Below, one piece after another: positions 55,049 through 64,000 of a stretch of DNA of 64,000 bases. Positions within the stretch are counted from its first letter, which is position 1. Every line of letters begins with the position of its first letter. Position numbers and translations under genes: made by a program. This stretch comes from an uncultured Oscillospiraceae bacterium (lineage in GTDB: Bacteria; Bacillota; Clostridia; Oscillospirales; JAAYXM01). The stretch is from positions 29,278 to 93,277 of the forward strand of contig CAKSEF010000001.1 in assembly GCA_934446465.1 (NCBI GenBank), read 5' to 3'. The notes beneath the pieces are model-generated. The model saw nothing but the letters and a program-made list of their open reading frames with translations. It had not been told where the DNA came from and made no database searches.

Positions 55049-55984
55049 TCAATACGAAAAAGTTCCGCCGCCGATAAACTCGCGCAGGAGCGAATCTTTG
55101 GGAACGAGCTTATCGGAAACGCCTTCAAACTGCTTAGTCCGCTCAAGCATTCGGCACACTTCGTCATATCTTTCGATTTCCTTCGGAACACCGCTCACGG
55201 CGTTCAGCAAATGGTCTCTTAAAAGATTCATCTCGTATTCGTGCGTGGAGTTTATTATTATATCGGCCCTGTCTTTAAAAGGCGATATATACTTTTTCTC
55301 TCCGCGGCGTATACCCTCCCATATTTTAAGCGTAAAATCCGAGTTTGCGTGCCTGAAATTATTGTCGCGCACTATTCTCCGTGCGAGCCTCGTCCACGTT
55401 CCCTTATAGAAAAGCTCACCGTCGGAATAAAAATTACTCCGTGCCGAAATATAGAGCTTAATCGCCTTTTCTCCCGCTGCCTGCGTTATTTCATCATTAA
55501 GTGCGTGTATACCTTCAAATATTACGACCTCGTTTTTTCCGAGACACAGCGGTCGGACTGTCTCTGAACGGCTCTGCGTTTTGAAGTCAAATTTAGGTAT
55601 AAATATTTCACGTCCATCGGCAATGTCCTCAATATGCTTATTCAGTAGTTTCATATCGAGGCATTTCGGGGATTCATAATCTATTTCGCCCGATTCCGTT
55701 TTCGGCGCGGTTTCCGGGTTTACCGTTCTGAAATAGTCGTCAAGCGATACCGGTCGGGTGCCGACTCCGAGTTTATCAAGCTTTTGCGAAATCTTCATTG
55801 CGGTTGTCGTCTTACCCGAGCCCGACGGTCCGGACAGCAGAACTACCCTGTGGTTCTGCGAGTTATCAGCTATTTTTTGGGCTGCTTCGGATACTCTCTT
55901 ATCGAAGATGCTTTCGCACTCCTCTATAAAGCCTGTCGGGTCTTTTCTTATTCTGTCATTTACCTTTATAACATCAAATGCCAT
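55049..55984 (-). CDS. P-loop nucleoside/uridine-kinase-like protein (PRK/Udk superfamily)
   Basis: 311 aa with Walker A LLSGPSGSGKTTTA and Udk-like segments (SLDDYF, IPKFDFKTQSR, VIFEGIHALN, RRIVRD). The long N- and C-terminal additions are not seen in canonical Udk. Confidence 0.65.
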   Translation of the reverse strand: MAFDVIKVNDRIRKDPTGFIEECESIFDKRVSEAAQKIADNSQNHRVVLLSGPSGSGKTTTAMKISQKLDKLGVGTRPVSLDDYFRTVNPETAPKTESGEIDYESPKCLDMKLLNKHIEDIADGREIFIPKFDFKTQSRSETVRPLCLGKNEVVIFEGIHALNDEITQAAGEKAIKLYISARSNFYSDGELFYKGTWTRLARRIVRDNNFRHANSDFTLKIWEGIRRGEKKYISPFKDRADIIINSTHEYEMNLLRDHLLNAVSGVPKEIERYDEVCRMLERTKQFEGVSDKLVPKDSLLREFIGGGTFSY

Positions 55985-56003
55985 ATAATCCTCCGATAAT
56001 TTG

Positions 56004-57476
56004 TTATATGCCGGAAAAGAACGTATTTATTTCATTGCGGGTTGAGTTCGTTTTTTCTTTTGCTTTATTGTATTCATATGGATATTTCGGGTTGAAAATT
56101 CGCTTTATAATCGATTTTTCCCTGTCTATAAGCTTTGTAACGCCGCCCGCTCCCGCGGACATTATCGTATGCAGTTCATCCATAATGTAGCTGTTGTAAA
56201 GACATTCGCATCCGGGTTTTGAATAGCCCACATTTTCAAGGTTTCCCGACATATATTTCTGCCTATACAGATAATATGGTTCATATCCTGCCTTTGCAAG
56301 CGCGTTCATTGCATACTCGACCATTTCCGCCGTCGTGTCATTTGTCGGCAGAAGATATTTTTCCTGTCGGAGAAACGACCCCTTTTTCAGTGCGAGTGAA
56401 TGTACCGTTATATTCTCCGGATTCAGCGCAATTACCTCTTCGACAGTCCTCCTGAAACTTTCAATATTATCCCCCGGAAGTCCCGCAATTAAGTCCGTAT
56501 TTATTTCAAGTCCGCTCAGCGCACGGACATTCTCAACAGTTTTCACGACGTCCTCCGCCGTGTGCCGTCTGTCCATTGCTTTCAGAATGTCATCGTTCAT
56601 TGTCTGCGGGTTTACGCTTATTCGGCTCGCGCCCATATCGCGTATTACCTCAATTTTTTCTCTGCTTATGGTATCGGGTCTTCCTCCCTCTACCGTATAT
56701 TCATCGCAGTCCGAAACATCGAAGTTATTCCTTATAACCGTCATAACCCGCAGGAGTTCCTCTGCCGAAAGCGATGTCGGAGTCCCGCCTCCAATGTACG
56801 CGGAGCGCAGTTTTAAGCCGTTATCGGATGCTGTTTTTCCGAGCATTTTCAGCTCATATTCCAGCATATCCAAATATGGAGCTATTAAATGCCCCGCCTT
56901 TTCCACGGAGTGACTGACAAACGAGCAGTATCTGCATCTTGACGCACAGAACGGTATTCCGACATACAACGAAAAATCGAGTTTTTTTGAGTTCTCGGAA
57001 ACTTTTTTTGCGTGCATGGCGCATTTTACCGCGAGCTGTGCCCGCTTTGGAGACACGTAATAATCTTCTGTCATTTTAGCTGCCGATTCCTCGGCAGAAA
57101 GCCCCTCGGTCAAATATCTTGCTGCCACCTTTGACGGACGTATACCCGTGAGCGCGCCCCAGAGCGGAGGCTTTTCGAGCATCGGCACGCATGCGCGGTA
57201 GAGCGAGTTTTTAACCGCGCGCGACATACGGCGCTTAGTCTCGTTTTCATCGCACCCGCAGGTCGTTTCAAAAACCGAGGCATTTCCCGCCTCGCCGTTT
57301 ATATGCACTGTTGCAGAGCACCTTATTCCGTCTTTTTCCGTGTGCATTTCAGAGATTATAAAACAGCCGTCCACGGGCTCATCTTCCGCAAAGGATGCGT
57401 GCGAATTGGGGAAGAGGCACATATACATCTGCTGTGCGGCAAATTTCAAGTCATGCCCTTTCAGGTAAAGCTTCAT
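56004..57476 (-). CDS. hemZ: Radical-SAM coproporphyrinogen-dehydrogenase-like protein HemZ
   Basis: 490 aa with the radical-SAM motif GIPFCASRCRYCSF and HemN-like C-terminal domains. Confidence 0.8.
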   Translation of the reverse strand: MKLYLKGHDLKFAAQQMYMCLFPNSHASFAEDEPVDGCFIISEMHTEKDGIRCSATVHINGEAGNASVFETTCGCDENETKRRMSRAVKNSLYRACVPMLEKPPLWGALTGIRPSKVAARYLTEGLSAEESAAKMTEDYYVSPKRAQLAVKCAMHAKKVSENSKKLDFSLYVGIPFCASRCRYCSFVSHSVEKAGHLIAPYLDMLEYELKMLGKTASDNGLKLRSAYIGGGTPTSLSAEELLRVMTVIRNNFDVSDCDEYTVEGGRPDTISREKIEVIRDMGASRISVNPQTMNDDILKAMDRRHTAEDVVKTVENVRALSGLEINTDLIAGLPGDNIESFRRTVEEVIALNPENITVHSLALKKGSFLRQEKYLLPTNDTTAEMVEYAMNALAKAGYEPYYLYRQKYMSGNLENVGYSKPGCECLYNSYIMDELHTIMSAGAGGVTKLIDREKSIIKRIFNPKYPYEYNKAKEKTNSTRNEINTFFSGI

Positions 57477-58105
57477 TTTCCTATCGCCTCTGCCATGTAC
57501 ATATTGCTTTTTCTCTCGCGCTCAAGCGTCGTTTCATCGCCGTGGCCTGGAAAAACTCGGTAATCTCCCTCAAGCATGTAGAGACGCTTTAAGGACTCCA
57601 TCATTTCCTCAAAATTTCCGCCGTCAAGGTCGCATCTCCCGCATACGTCCCGAAACAGAGTATCGCCCGAAAAAATCGCATCTTCGCAGATTATGCACAT
57701 ACCGCCGTCTGTGTGGCCGGGCGTTGCGATAAATTCGAATGTCATATCCGCAACCTGTATTTTGTCCCCGTCGGAGACCTCAATATCGGCGGTAACGGGA
57801 GTGAAGCGTCTTGCCATGTGCATAGCCGTTGCCGCGCTTTTGTCTGCGCTTTGCATACGCTCGCGCTCTCCCTTTCCCGCAGCCACGAGCGCACCTGTTA
57901 ATTTTTTCAGCTCGTTTACTGCCATTATATGGTCAAAATGCCCGTGTGTAATCATTATATACTCTATTTTCACACCGAGCATTGTCGCCTCGTTCAATAT
58001 TCTGTCGGCCTCAAAGCCCGGGTCTATCACAACGCCGTGTTTTCCGCTGTATGCTATATAGCAGTTGGTCGCGATAAGCCCCACCGTAACCGTATGTACA
58101 TTCAT
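57473..58105 (-). CDS. MBL-fold metallo-hydrolase (glyoxalase II-like)
   Basis: 210 aa with motif ITHGHFDHI, then PGHTDG and FPGHG. Confidence 0.85.
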   Translation of the reverse strand: MNVHTVTVGLIATNCYIAYSGKHGVVIDPGFEADRILNEATMLGVKIEYIMITHGHFDHIMAVNELKKLTGALVAAGKGERERMQSADKSAATAMHMARRFTPVTADIEVSDGDKIQVADMTFEFIATPGHTDGGMCIICEDAIFSGDTLFRDVCGRCDLDGGNFEEMMESLKRLYMLEGDYRVFPGHGDETTLERERKSNMYMAEAIGK

Positions 58106-58554
58106 TTGTTAATTCCCTCCGTATCCATGACTATGGTAACCGGCCCGTCGTTCACGGACTCAACCTCCATATATGCCCCGAATACTCCCGTTTCAACCTT
58201 ATAACCCGCTTCACGGAGAAGCGTCGTAAAATAGTCATAAAGCGGTTTTGCAAGTTCGGGGCGCGCGGCCTCCGTAAAGCTCGGGCGGTTGCCCTTTGCC
58301 GTGTTTGCATATAGTGTGAAGTTTGACACGACAAGCATTGAGCCTCTGACCTGCGAACACGACAGATTGAGTTTTTCCTCAGAGTCCTCAAATATACGCA
58401 TCATTGAAATCTTTTTTGCAAGGTATTCGGCGTCGCTTTCCGAGTCGCTTACCGAAACACCGAGTATTATAAGAAGTCCGTGTGAAATTTCGGAATAAGT
58501 CGCGCCGTCTGTTATGACCCTTGCGGACTTAACCCGTGTTATTACTGCTTTCAA
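58102..58554 (-). CDS. dtd: D-aminoacyl-tRNA deacylase
   Basis: 150 aa with motifs LIILGVS, VSNFTLYA, GNRPSF and GAYMEV. Confidence 0.9.
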   Translation of the reverse strand: MKAVITRVKSARVITDGATYSEISHGLLIILGVSVSDSESDAEYLAKKISMMRIFEDSEEKLNLSCSQVRGSMLVVSNFTLYANTAKGNRPSFTEAARPELAKPLYDYFTTLLREAGYKVETGVFGAYMEVESVNDGPVTIVMDTEGINK

Positions 58555-58566
58555 ATTTTACCCTCC

Positions 58567-60768
58567 TCAGGCGCGGGTGCGTTTAACATCTATCACACCC
58601 GATATCGAATGAAGCTTATTCATTACAAATTCAAGCTGTTCCTTGCCGTTTGTGTTCATCACTATATTGATTATTGCATAGCCGTCGCCGAGCCTGCGTG
58701 CGTCCATTTGGTGGACGGGTACTTTCAGGTTATTGAGCGCCGTGGCTATATCCATAAAAAGACCTTCCCTGTCTTTTGCCGATACTTGGAGAGACGTCTG
58801 GAATTTATCTTTTATGTCATCCGCCCATGAAACGCAAATCCAGCGCGAGAGGTCATCTGAATTTTTCATTGCGTTTGTTACGTTTTTACAGTCGGAGCGG
58901 TGGACGGAAACACCGTAACCGCGCGTGATAAATCCGATGATTGAGTCGCCGGGTATAGGTGTGCAGCATCTGGCAAATTTTACAAGGCAGTTTTCTACCC
59001 CCGGAACTATTACGCCGGAATTTGATGTTTTCGGTTTCGGCCCCGCCGCAATTTTTTCTTTGACTATTTCGTCCTCGTTTGTCGGGCGCGGTGCGTTCTT
59101 CTGCTTTTCCGCACGTATTTTGTTGATTACACGGCTGAGCTTTATACCGCCGTAGCCGAGGCTTGCGTACATCTCGTCTTTCTGTTTGAAGGACATTTTC
59201 TGGGAAACGGCACCGATAATTTCATCTTCCTCGTCTGCCGAAAGCGATATTCCCTCGCGCTTGAGGGCGCGTTCAAGTTCGGTGCGCCCGCGCTCTATAT
59301 TTTCTTCGCGGCATTCTTTTTTGAACCACTGCTTTATCTTATTCCGCGCCTCGCCCGTCTTGACTGTTTTAATCCAGTCGCGGCTCGGGCCCTTACTTGC
59401 GTTTGAGGTTAATACCTCGACTATTTCACCGTTTTTCAGCTTATAATCGAGCTGAACCATTCGCCCGTTTACTTTTGCGCCTACCATTTTATTTCCTACC
59501 GCGGAGTGTATCGAGTAAGCAAAATCTATCGGGTTTGAGCCTGCCGGAAGGCTTATAACGTCTCCGTTCGGCGTAAACACGAAAACCTCGTCGCTGAACA
59601 TATCCGTTTTTAGAGAGCTTACGAAGTCCTCGTCCTCTACTTCCTGATTTTCAAGAAGACGTCTCACCCACGCGAGCTTTTCTTCGAGGTTGCTCTTGCC
59701 GACAACGCCCGATTTATACTTCCAGTGCGCGGCGATACCGTATTCCGCCGTCTGGTGCATATCGCGCGTTCGTATCTGCACCTCGAACGGTATTCCCTCG
59801 CGTCCGATTACGGTTGTATGGAGCGACTGGTACATATTCGGCTTAGGCGTGCTTATATAATCCTTGAATCTTCCCGGTATGGGTCTGTACATATCGTGGA
59901 TATATCCGAGGACATTATAGCAGTCCGCGACCGTATCAACTATTACGCGCATTGCGTAAAGGTCGTACACTTCATCGATTGTTTTATGCTGTGTATACAT
60001 TTTGCGGTAAATACTGTAAATGTGCTTAACTCGGCTCTGAACCTCGCCGTTTATTCCTGCTTCATGAAGTCGCTCAATCATGCGTTCCTTAATGTGTCCG
60101 AGAAATTCTTCCCGCTCCTCGCGTCTCTTTTCCAATTCCTCGGTAATCTCGGCGTACCCGACCGGGTCGAGACAGCGGAGCGAGCGGTCTTCAAGCTCCC
60201 ACTTTATCTTCTGCATTCCGAGTCTGTGAGCCAGCGGTGCGTATACTTCCATTGTTTCGAGCGCTTTTTCACGCTGTTTTTCAGGCTTGTGGAACTCAAT
60301 CGTCCGCATATTGTGGAGGCGGTCGGCTATCTTGATAAGTATGACGCGTATGTCCTTACCCATGGCAAGGAACATCTTTCTCAGGTTTTCAATCTGTGCT
60401 TCTTCCTTGCTCGTATACGGCATTTTTGTGAGCTTGGAAACGCCTTCGACTATGTCGGCCACTTCTTTCCCGAATTTCGCACGGATTTTGTCATAGCCGA
60501 CTTCGGTGTCCTCTATGCAGTCGTGGAGGAGCGCCGCAACGATGGAATCTGTATCGAGCCCCATCTCGGCAACTATTTCCGCAACGGATATCGGGTGCGT
60601 AACGTAGTCGCTCCCGTCGCGCCTTTTTTGACCGTTGTGTGCGTCTATTGCGCACTGCATGGCTTCGCGCACAACTGCCTCGTTAAAATTAGGCATATAG
60701 CTTCTGAGCTTTTCTATAAGCGCCTCGCATCTTTCATCAAGTCCCATAGTTCTTATCTTCTCCCGCAA
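58567..60768 (-). CDS. relA: Bifunctional (p)ppGpp synthetase/hydrolase RelA/SpoT (Rel)
   Basis: 733 aa with an HD hydrolase domain (HPISVAEIVAEMGLD, LLHDCIEDT), a synthetase domain (FKDYISTPKPNMYQSLHTTV), and TGS and ACT domains. Confidence 0.95.
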   Translation of the reverse strand: MREKIRTMGLDERCEALIEKLRSYMPNFNEAVVREAMQCAIDAHNGQKRRDGSDYVTHPISVAEIVAEMGLDTDSIVAALLHDCIEDTEVGYDKIRAKFGKEVADIVEGVSKLTKMPYTSKEEAQIENLRKMFLAMGKDIRVILIKIADRLHNMRTIEFHKPEKQREKALETMEVYAPLAHRLGMQKIKWELEDRSLRCLDPVGYAEITEELEKRREEREEFLGHIKERMIERLHEAGINGEVQSRVKHIYSIYRKMYTQHKTIDEVYDLYAMRVIVDTVADCYNVLGYIHDMYRPIPGRFKDYISTPKPNMYQSLHTTVIGREGIPFEVQIRTRDMHQTAEYGIAAHWKYKSGVVGKSNLEEKLAWVRRLLENQEVEDEDFVSSLKTDMFSDEVFVFTPNGDVISLPAGSNPIDFAYSIHSAVGNKMVGAKVNGRMVQLDYKLKNGEIVEVLTSNASKGPSRDWIKTVKTGEARNKIKQWFKKECREENIERGRTELERALKREGISLSADEEDEIIGAVSQKMSFKQKDEMYASLGYGGIKLSRVINKIRAEKQKNAPRPTNEDEIVKEKIAAGPKPKTSNSGVIVPGVENCLVKFARCCTPIPGDSIIGFITRGYGVSVHRSDCKNVTNAMKNSDDLSRWICVSWADDIKDKFQTSLQVSAKDREGLFMDIATALNNLKVPVHQMDARRLGDGYAIINIVMNTNGKEQLEFVMNKLHSISGVIDVKRTRA

Positions 60769-62798
60769 TTCTTAAGTACTGTATATATTTTAGAATCGTT
60801 CAAATCCACTTTATTATTGTGGTCGGCTATGCGAATTTCAAGATTAACCCCGTCGCAGTCATACGACATAAGCCCTACCTCGGAGAAAATCTCCAATGCG
60901 GTCAGGAATTTTTTTAACGTAATCCCGCGGTCTGACTCATAGACCCTGCGTTTTGAGGAAACGAGCGGGGCCTCGCGCGGAAAGTCGGTGCGCGTAATTG
61001 CGCGCCAGATTTTTCCGAGTTCGGAGTATTCGATGTTTTCCGCGTCCTCCGCATCGCCTTTTCTGAGCTTTTCCAGATTTATAATCGCAAGTCTGGTCTC
61101 ATCAATATCGTTTTGGCACGGGCGTGCATCTTTGATATGGAGCTGCACGTTCTCGCCGCGGAAAACGTTTATTTCCGGCGTGAACGCTATATCGGCATAG
61201 TCGTCCTCCGAAAACGGCAGGCTTGAAGCTTCTTTACCGAAATATACGCACGCGAACGTCCCCGCATGTTCAACCGTTATTTTTGTATGACGGTTTCCGC
61301 CTATCGGAGTTATTTTTGCCACTCTGCACTTATTCAGCCTTAAAATCGGAGCTTCGTTCATTTTCCCGTAAGGTTCCAACTGTTTGAGCGCGCGGAGCTG
61401 GCTTATTGTGAGTTCACTGCTGTCTGTCTCAAAGTCTATTCCGAGTTTCGGAACGTAGTTTTCCATATCATCCTGAAGCTCACTGCTCAATCGGTTCCTG
61501 AACTCGTCTATTTTTTCGCGCTCGATAACTATTCCCGCGGCAAGGTCATGACCCCCGAATTTAACGAGCAGGTCGGAGCATTTTCCGAGTGCGCTGTGCA
61601 GGCTTACACCGTCGACGCTTCTTCCCGAACCGCGACAGTTACCGTCCTCCTCGGATATGAGCATAACCGGTTTTCGGAGCTTATTGCACAGACGCGAAGC
61701 AACAATCCCGAGAACACCGTGATGCCAGCCTTCTCCCGACAGTACCACAGCATTCATCTCCCCGTATTGCGGATTTTTCTCCAAAATTGCAAACGCCTGC
61801 TCCATCATATTGCTTTCGCAGGCCTGTCTTTTTCTGTTCATATCGCCGAGCGTCTGCGCAAGGCTTTGAGCATTCCTTTCGTCCGCAAAAAGAAGTTCAA
61901 GCGCGAGAGATGCGCTTCCCATTCTTCCCGCCGCGTTTATTCTCGGGCCTATAAGGAAACCTATCGCTCCCGCCGTCAGCTCCGTATTTTTTGAGCCCGC
62001 CTCGCGCAGCAATGCCGTAATTCCCGCATCGTTTCCGGATGATATAGCGAGAAGCCCCTCTGCAACGATTGCTCTGTTCTCGTCAATTATGGGCATAACA
62101 TCCGCAACAGTTCCTATACACACATACGGAAGATATCTTTTAATAACATCGGCATCACCGCCGCTTAGTGCGCAAACAAGCTTAAACGCAACTCCGACAC
62201 CCGCAAGCCCCGAAAACGGATATTCGCAGTCGTCTCGGTTCGGATTCAGCACGGCGCACACATCGGGTATTTTTTCTCCGCATTTATGGTGGTCTGTAAT
62301 AACTATATCTATTCCGCGTTTTTTTGCGTATTCCGTTTCTTCAATAGCAGTTATTCCCGTATCGACCGTTATGACAAGCTTAACTCCCTTATCGAAGAGT
62401 AAATCAATCGCGCTCTCCGAGACACCGTATCCGTCCTCAATCCTGTCGGGTATGTAATACGTACAATCCGCCCCGATGCTCTTCAAATAATGCAGAAGCG
62501 TGTATGTGGCAGTTACGCCGTCGGCGTCATAGTCGCCGTAGACCGCGATTTTTTCGTTTTCATCGACAGCGCGCCGTATGCGCCGAACCGCCTTATCCAT
62601 ATCGCGCATCAAAAACGGGTCATGGAGTGCGGATACATCCTTATCCAAAAACTTTCGCGCCTCTTGCGCTGTTTTTATACCGCGCACTGCGAGAAGCTTT
62701 GCGGGAAGCGATGAAATACCAAGCTCCCGCATGAGGCAGGAAACCGCATTTTCATCGTACCTGCCCGTAATCCATTCGGTAATATTCATTGCTAACAT
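60753..62798 (-). CDS. recJ: Single-stranded-DNA-specific exonuclease RecJ
   Basis: 681 aa with DHH motifs (VYGDYDADGVTA, VITVDTGI, VITDHH) and DHHA1 (GGHDLAAG). It overlaps the relA start by 16 nt. Confidence 0.9.
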   Translation of the reverse strand: MLAMNITEWITGRYDENAVSCLMRELGISSLPAKLLAVRGIKTAQEARKFLDKDVSALHDPFLMRDMDKAVRRIRRAVDENEKIAVYGDYDADGVTATYTLLHYLKSIGADCTYYIPDRIEDGYGVSESAIDLLFDKGVKLVITVDTGITAIEETEYAKKRGIDIVITDHHKCGEKIPDVCAVLNPNRDDCEYPFSGLAGVGVAFKLVCALSGGDADVIKRYLPYVCIGTVADVMPIIDENRAIVAEGLLAISSGNDAGITALLREAGSKNTELTAGAIGFLIGPRINAAGRMGSASLALELLFADERNAQSLAQTLGDMNRKRQACESNMMEQAFAILEKNPQYGEMNAVVLSGEGWHHGVLGIVASRLCNKLRKPVMLISEEDGNCRGSGRSVDGVSLHSALGKCSDLLVKFGGHDLAAGIVIEREKIDEFRNRLSSELQDDMENYVPKLGIDFETDSSELTISQLRALKQLEPYGKMNEAPILRLNKCRVAKITPIGGNRHTKITVEHAGTFACVYFGKEASSLPFSEDDYADIAFTPEINVFRGENVQLHIKDARPCQNDIDETRLAIINLEKLRKGDAEDAENIEYSELGKIWRAITRTDFPREAPLVSSKRRVYESDRGITLKKFLTALEIFSEVGLMSYDCDGVNLEIRIADHNNKVDLNDSKIYTVLKNCGRR

Positions 62799-62939
62799 TT
62801 CCTTTATTGTTTATGAATATAGTATAACAAATTACGCTGAAAATTACAACCTGTGCCGAAGTTATGTTTTTCTCTTTTCAAATCAATGTACATGGTGTAT
62901 AATATGAAAAAACAATCTTTTTAGGCGGAGAGTGATTCT

Positions 62940-63800
62940 GTGTCTTTTTTCAAAAAACTCTTGCAGGAAAGCCGTTTTTCTAAGATCTTTGATTTAATCG
63001 GCTCGGTCATCGAGCGTTTTTATAAGCATAACATAGGCTATGTCGGCGGTCAGATTGCATACTTCTTTATTCTTTCGATATTCCCGTTTCTCATTTTCAT
63101 CAACGCGCTGATTGCTTCGTTCAATATTCCGGGTGAGACGGTTTTTAACGTGCTGGACCCGTTTATGCCGGAGCGCATTGTTTCGTTTATTGCGAGGTAT
63201 ATCGAGTACATCAACTCTCAAAACAGCGTGACACTTCTCTCAATAGGTATTATCATCGCAATTTTTTCGTCGTCAAAATCGGTGCGTTCGCTTGCAAGCG
63301 CTTTTAACAAGGCATATGAGGTACCGTCCCGCAGGGGCTTCTTCGCCCAAGTTGCTTTTTCCATGCTTTTTATATTTCTTTTCGGAATTATACTTCTTGC
63401 CTGCATCGTTATCGTTGCGTTCGGAAACAGTTTTATAACAAAGCTTATAAGCCAGATAACCGTCTCGTTTAAATTCATCGACCTGCTGACCGTCTGGCGC
63501 TGGGTAACAATGTCGGCGGTTCTGTTTCTTATTATCCTGTTTCTCTATAAAATACTGCCGTCGGCAAAAATCAAATTTTCGGAAGCCGTTCCCGGCGCGC
63601 TTTTCTCGCTTGTCGGGATACTCATTCTGATTCTTATTTTTTCCGTGTATGTAAACAATTTCATTTCGTATGTGTCCTTCTACGGCTCAATCGGCGCGGT
63701 TATGCTTCTCATGCTGTGGATGTACTTTGCGGGGATTGTTATCGTTCTCGGCGCTGAAATTAACAGCGCACTTTCGGAAATGAAAAAGGACAAAACATAA
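62940..63800 (+). CDS. YihY/BrkB family membrane protein
   Basis: 286 aa with six TM segments and motifs QIAYFFILSIFPFLIF and GSIGAVMLLMLWMYFAGIVIVLGAEIN. GTG start with a GGCGGAGAG SD. An extended -10 TGTATAAT sits about 30 nt upstream. Confidence 0.85.
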   Translation: MSFFKKLLQESRFSKIFDLIGSVIERFYKHNIGYVGGQIAYFFILSIFPFLIFINALIASFNIPGETVFNVLDPFMPERIVSFIARYIEYINSQNSVTLLSIGIIIAIFSSSKSVRSLASAFNKAYEVPSRRGFFAQVAFSMLFIFLFGIILLACIVIVAFGNSFITKLISQITVSFKFIDLLTVWRWVTMSAVLFLIILFLYKILPSAKIKFSEAVPGALFSLVGILILILIFSVYVNNFISYVSFYGSIGAVMLLMLWMYFAGIVIVLGAEINSALSEMKKDKT

Positions 63801-63814
63801 AACTTATACAAACA

Positions 63815-63850
63815 AAAGGAGCTTCGGCAAAACCGAAGCTCCTTTCGTTT
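63815..63850. terminator. Bidirectional terminator
   Basis: aaaggagcttcgg-caaaa-ccgaagctccttt lies between convergent stop codons at 63800 and 63873. Confidence 0.8.
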
Positions 63851-63872
63851 ATCAATCAGAGGACTCGTGTTG

Positions 63873-64000
63873 TCAAATTTTAAGGAAGGCACGCATTTTC
63901 TCAATCATTTCATCTGCGCGTTCTTTTGAATCCATCTCGCAGAAAATACGAATTAGCGGTTCTGTGCCCGAGAAACGGCCGATTATCCACCCGCCGTCTT
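63873..64000 (-). CDS. C-terminal fragment of a phosphohexomutase (PGM/PMM/GlmM superfamily) gene that continues beyond the window
   Basis: Not in the ORF track. The minus-strand frame reads DGGWIIGRFSGTEPLIRIFCEMDSKERADEMIEKMRAFLKI-stop. RFSGTEPLIR is the conserved domain-4 phosphate-binding loop of phospho-sugar mutases. Confidence 0.7.
   Translation of the reverse strand, partial: DGGWIIGRFSGTEPLIRIFCEMDSKERADEMIEKMRAFLKI

Noticed and set aside
59725-60942. 405-aa plus-strand ORF antisense to relA and the end of recJ
   Set aside because: This is a shadow ORF. Its composition is dominated by F/V/L/R/H/C and it has no SD or domain motifs. It spans two independently well-supported genes on the other strand.
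1-64000. Search for CRISPR arrays, long direct or inverted repeats, transposases, integrases, phage genes, reverse transcriptases, toxin-antitoxin pairs or known defence genes
   Set aside because: Reading both strands, I found no spaced repeat arrays and no ORF with recombinase, transposase, RT or nuclease-defence motifs. Every large ORF is explained by a housekeeping or sporulation function. The window looks like core chromosome, not an accessory island.

Overview
The window reads as conserved chromosomal core from a spore-forming Clostridia-class Firmicute; that assignment is inferred from gene content and synteny, not from any search. About 60 protein genes are packed tightly and mostly on the minus strand. 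There are two very long co-directional arrays: 18.4-36.1 kb (fhs-coaW-miaB-mutS-mutL-miaA-hfq-division cluster-ileS-lspA-rluD) and 47.4-62.8 kb (recJ-relA-dtd-hemZ ... yabM-mazG-hup-yabO-yabP-yabQ-divIC-yabR-spoIIP). Sporulation genes are dense: spoIIGA-sigE-sigG, spoIIE, spoIIP, yabP/yabQ and a SpoVB/YabM-like flippase. RNA features not visible in the ORF track are a TPP riboswitch with terminator upstream of a ThiT-type transporter, and a tRNA-Thr(CGU)/tRNA-Gly(CCC) pair driven by a consensus sigma-A promoter. I found no CRISPR array, transposase, integrase, phage or recognisable defence genes, and no sequence that I can honestly call a clearly novel system. Four loci deserve a second look. 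(1) A self-contained, terminator-bounded triad of small uncharacterised proteins at 2.2-3.1 kb. (2) A four-gene operon at 4.6-10.1 kb coupling a MacAB/YknXYZ-type adaptor, ATPase and FtsX-permease to a secreted SLH-domain protein with a large unassigned C-terminal region. (3) An operon joining a divergent, enlarged Prs-like diphosphokinase to a KDG-type sugar kinase and an Ldh_2 oxidoreductase at 42.1-45.5 kb. (4) A tRNA-terminator-mnmE arrangement in which mnmE has no room for its own promoter and no mnmG partner. Several expected leader RNAs are absent: the ileS T-box, the mntP Mn riboswitch and the PyrR binding site. All functional calls come from reading the translated ORFs and motifs by eye, and no database search was run.
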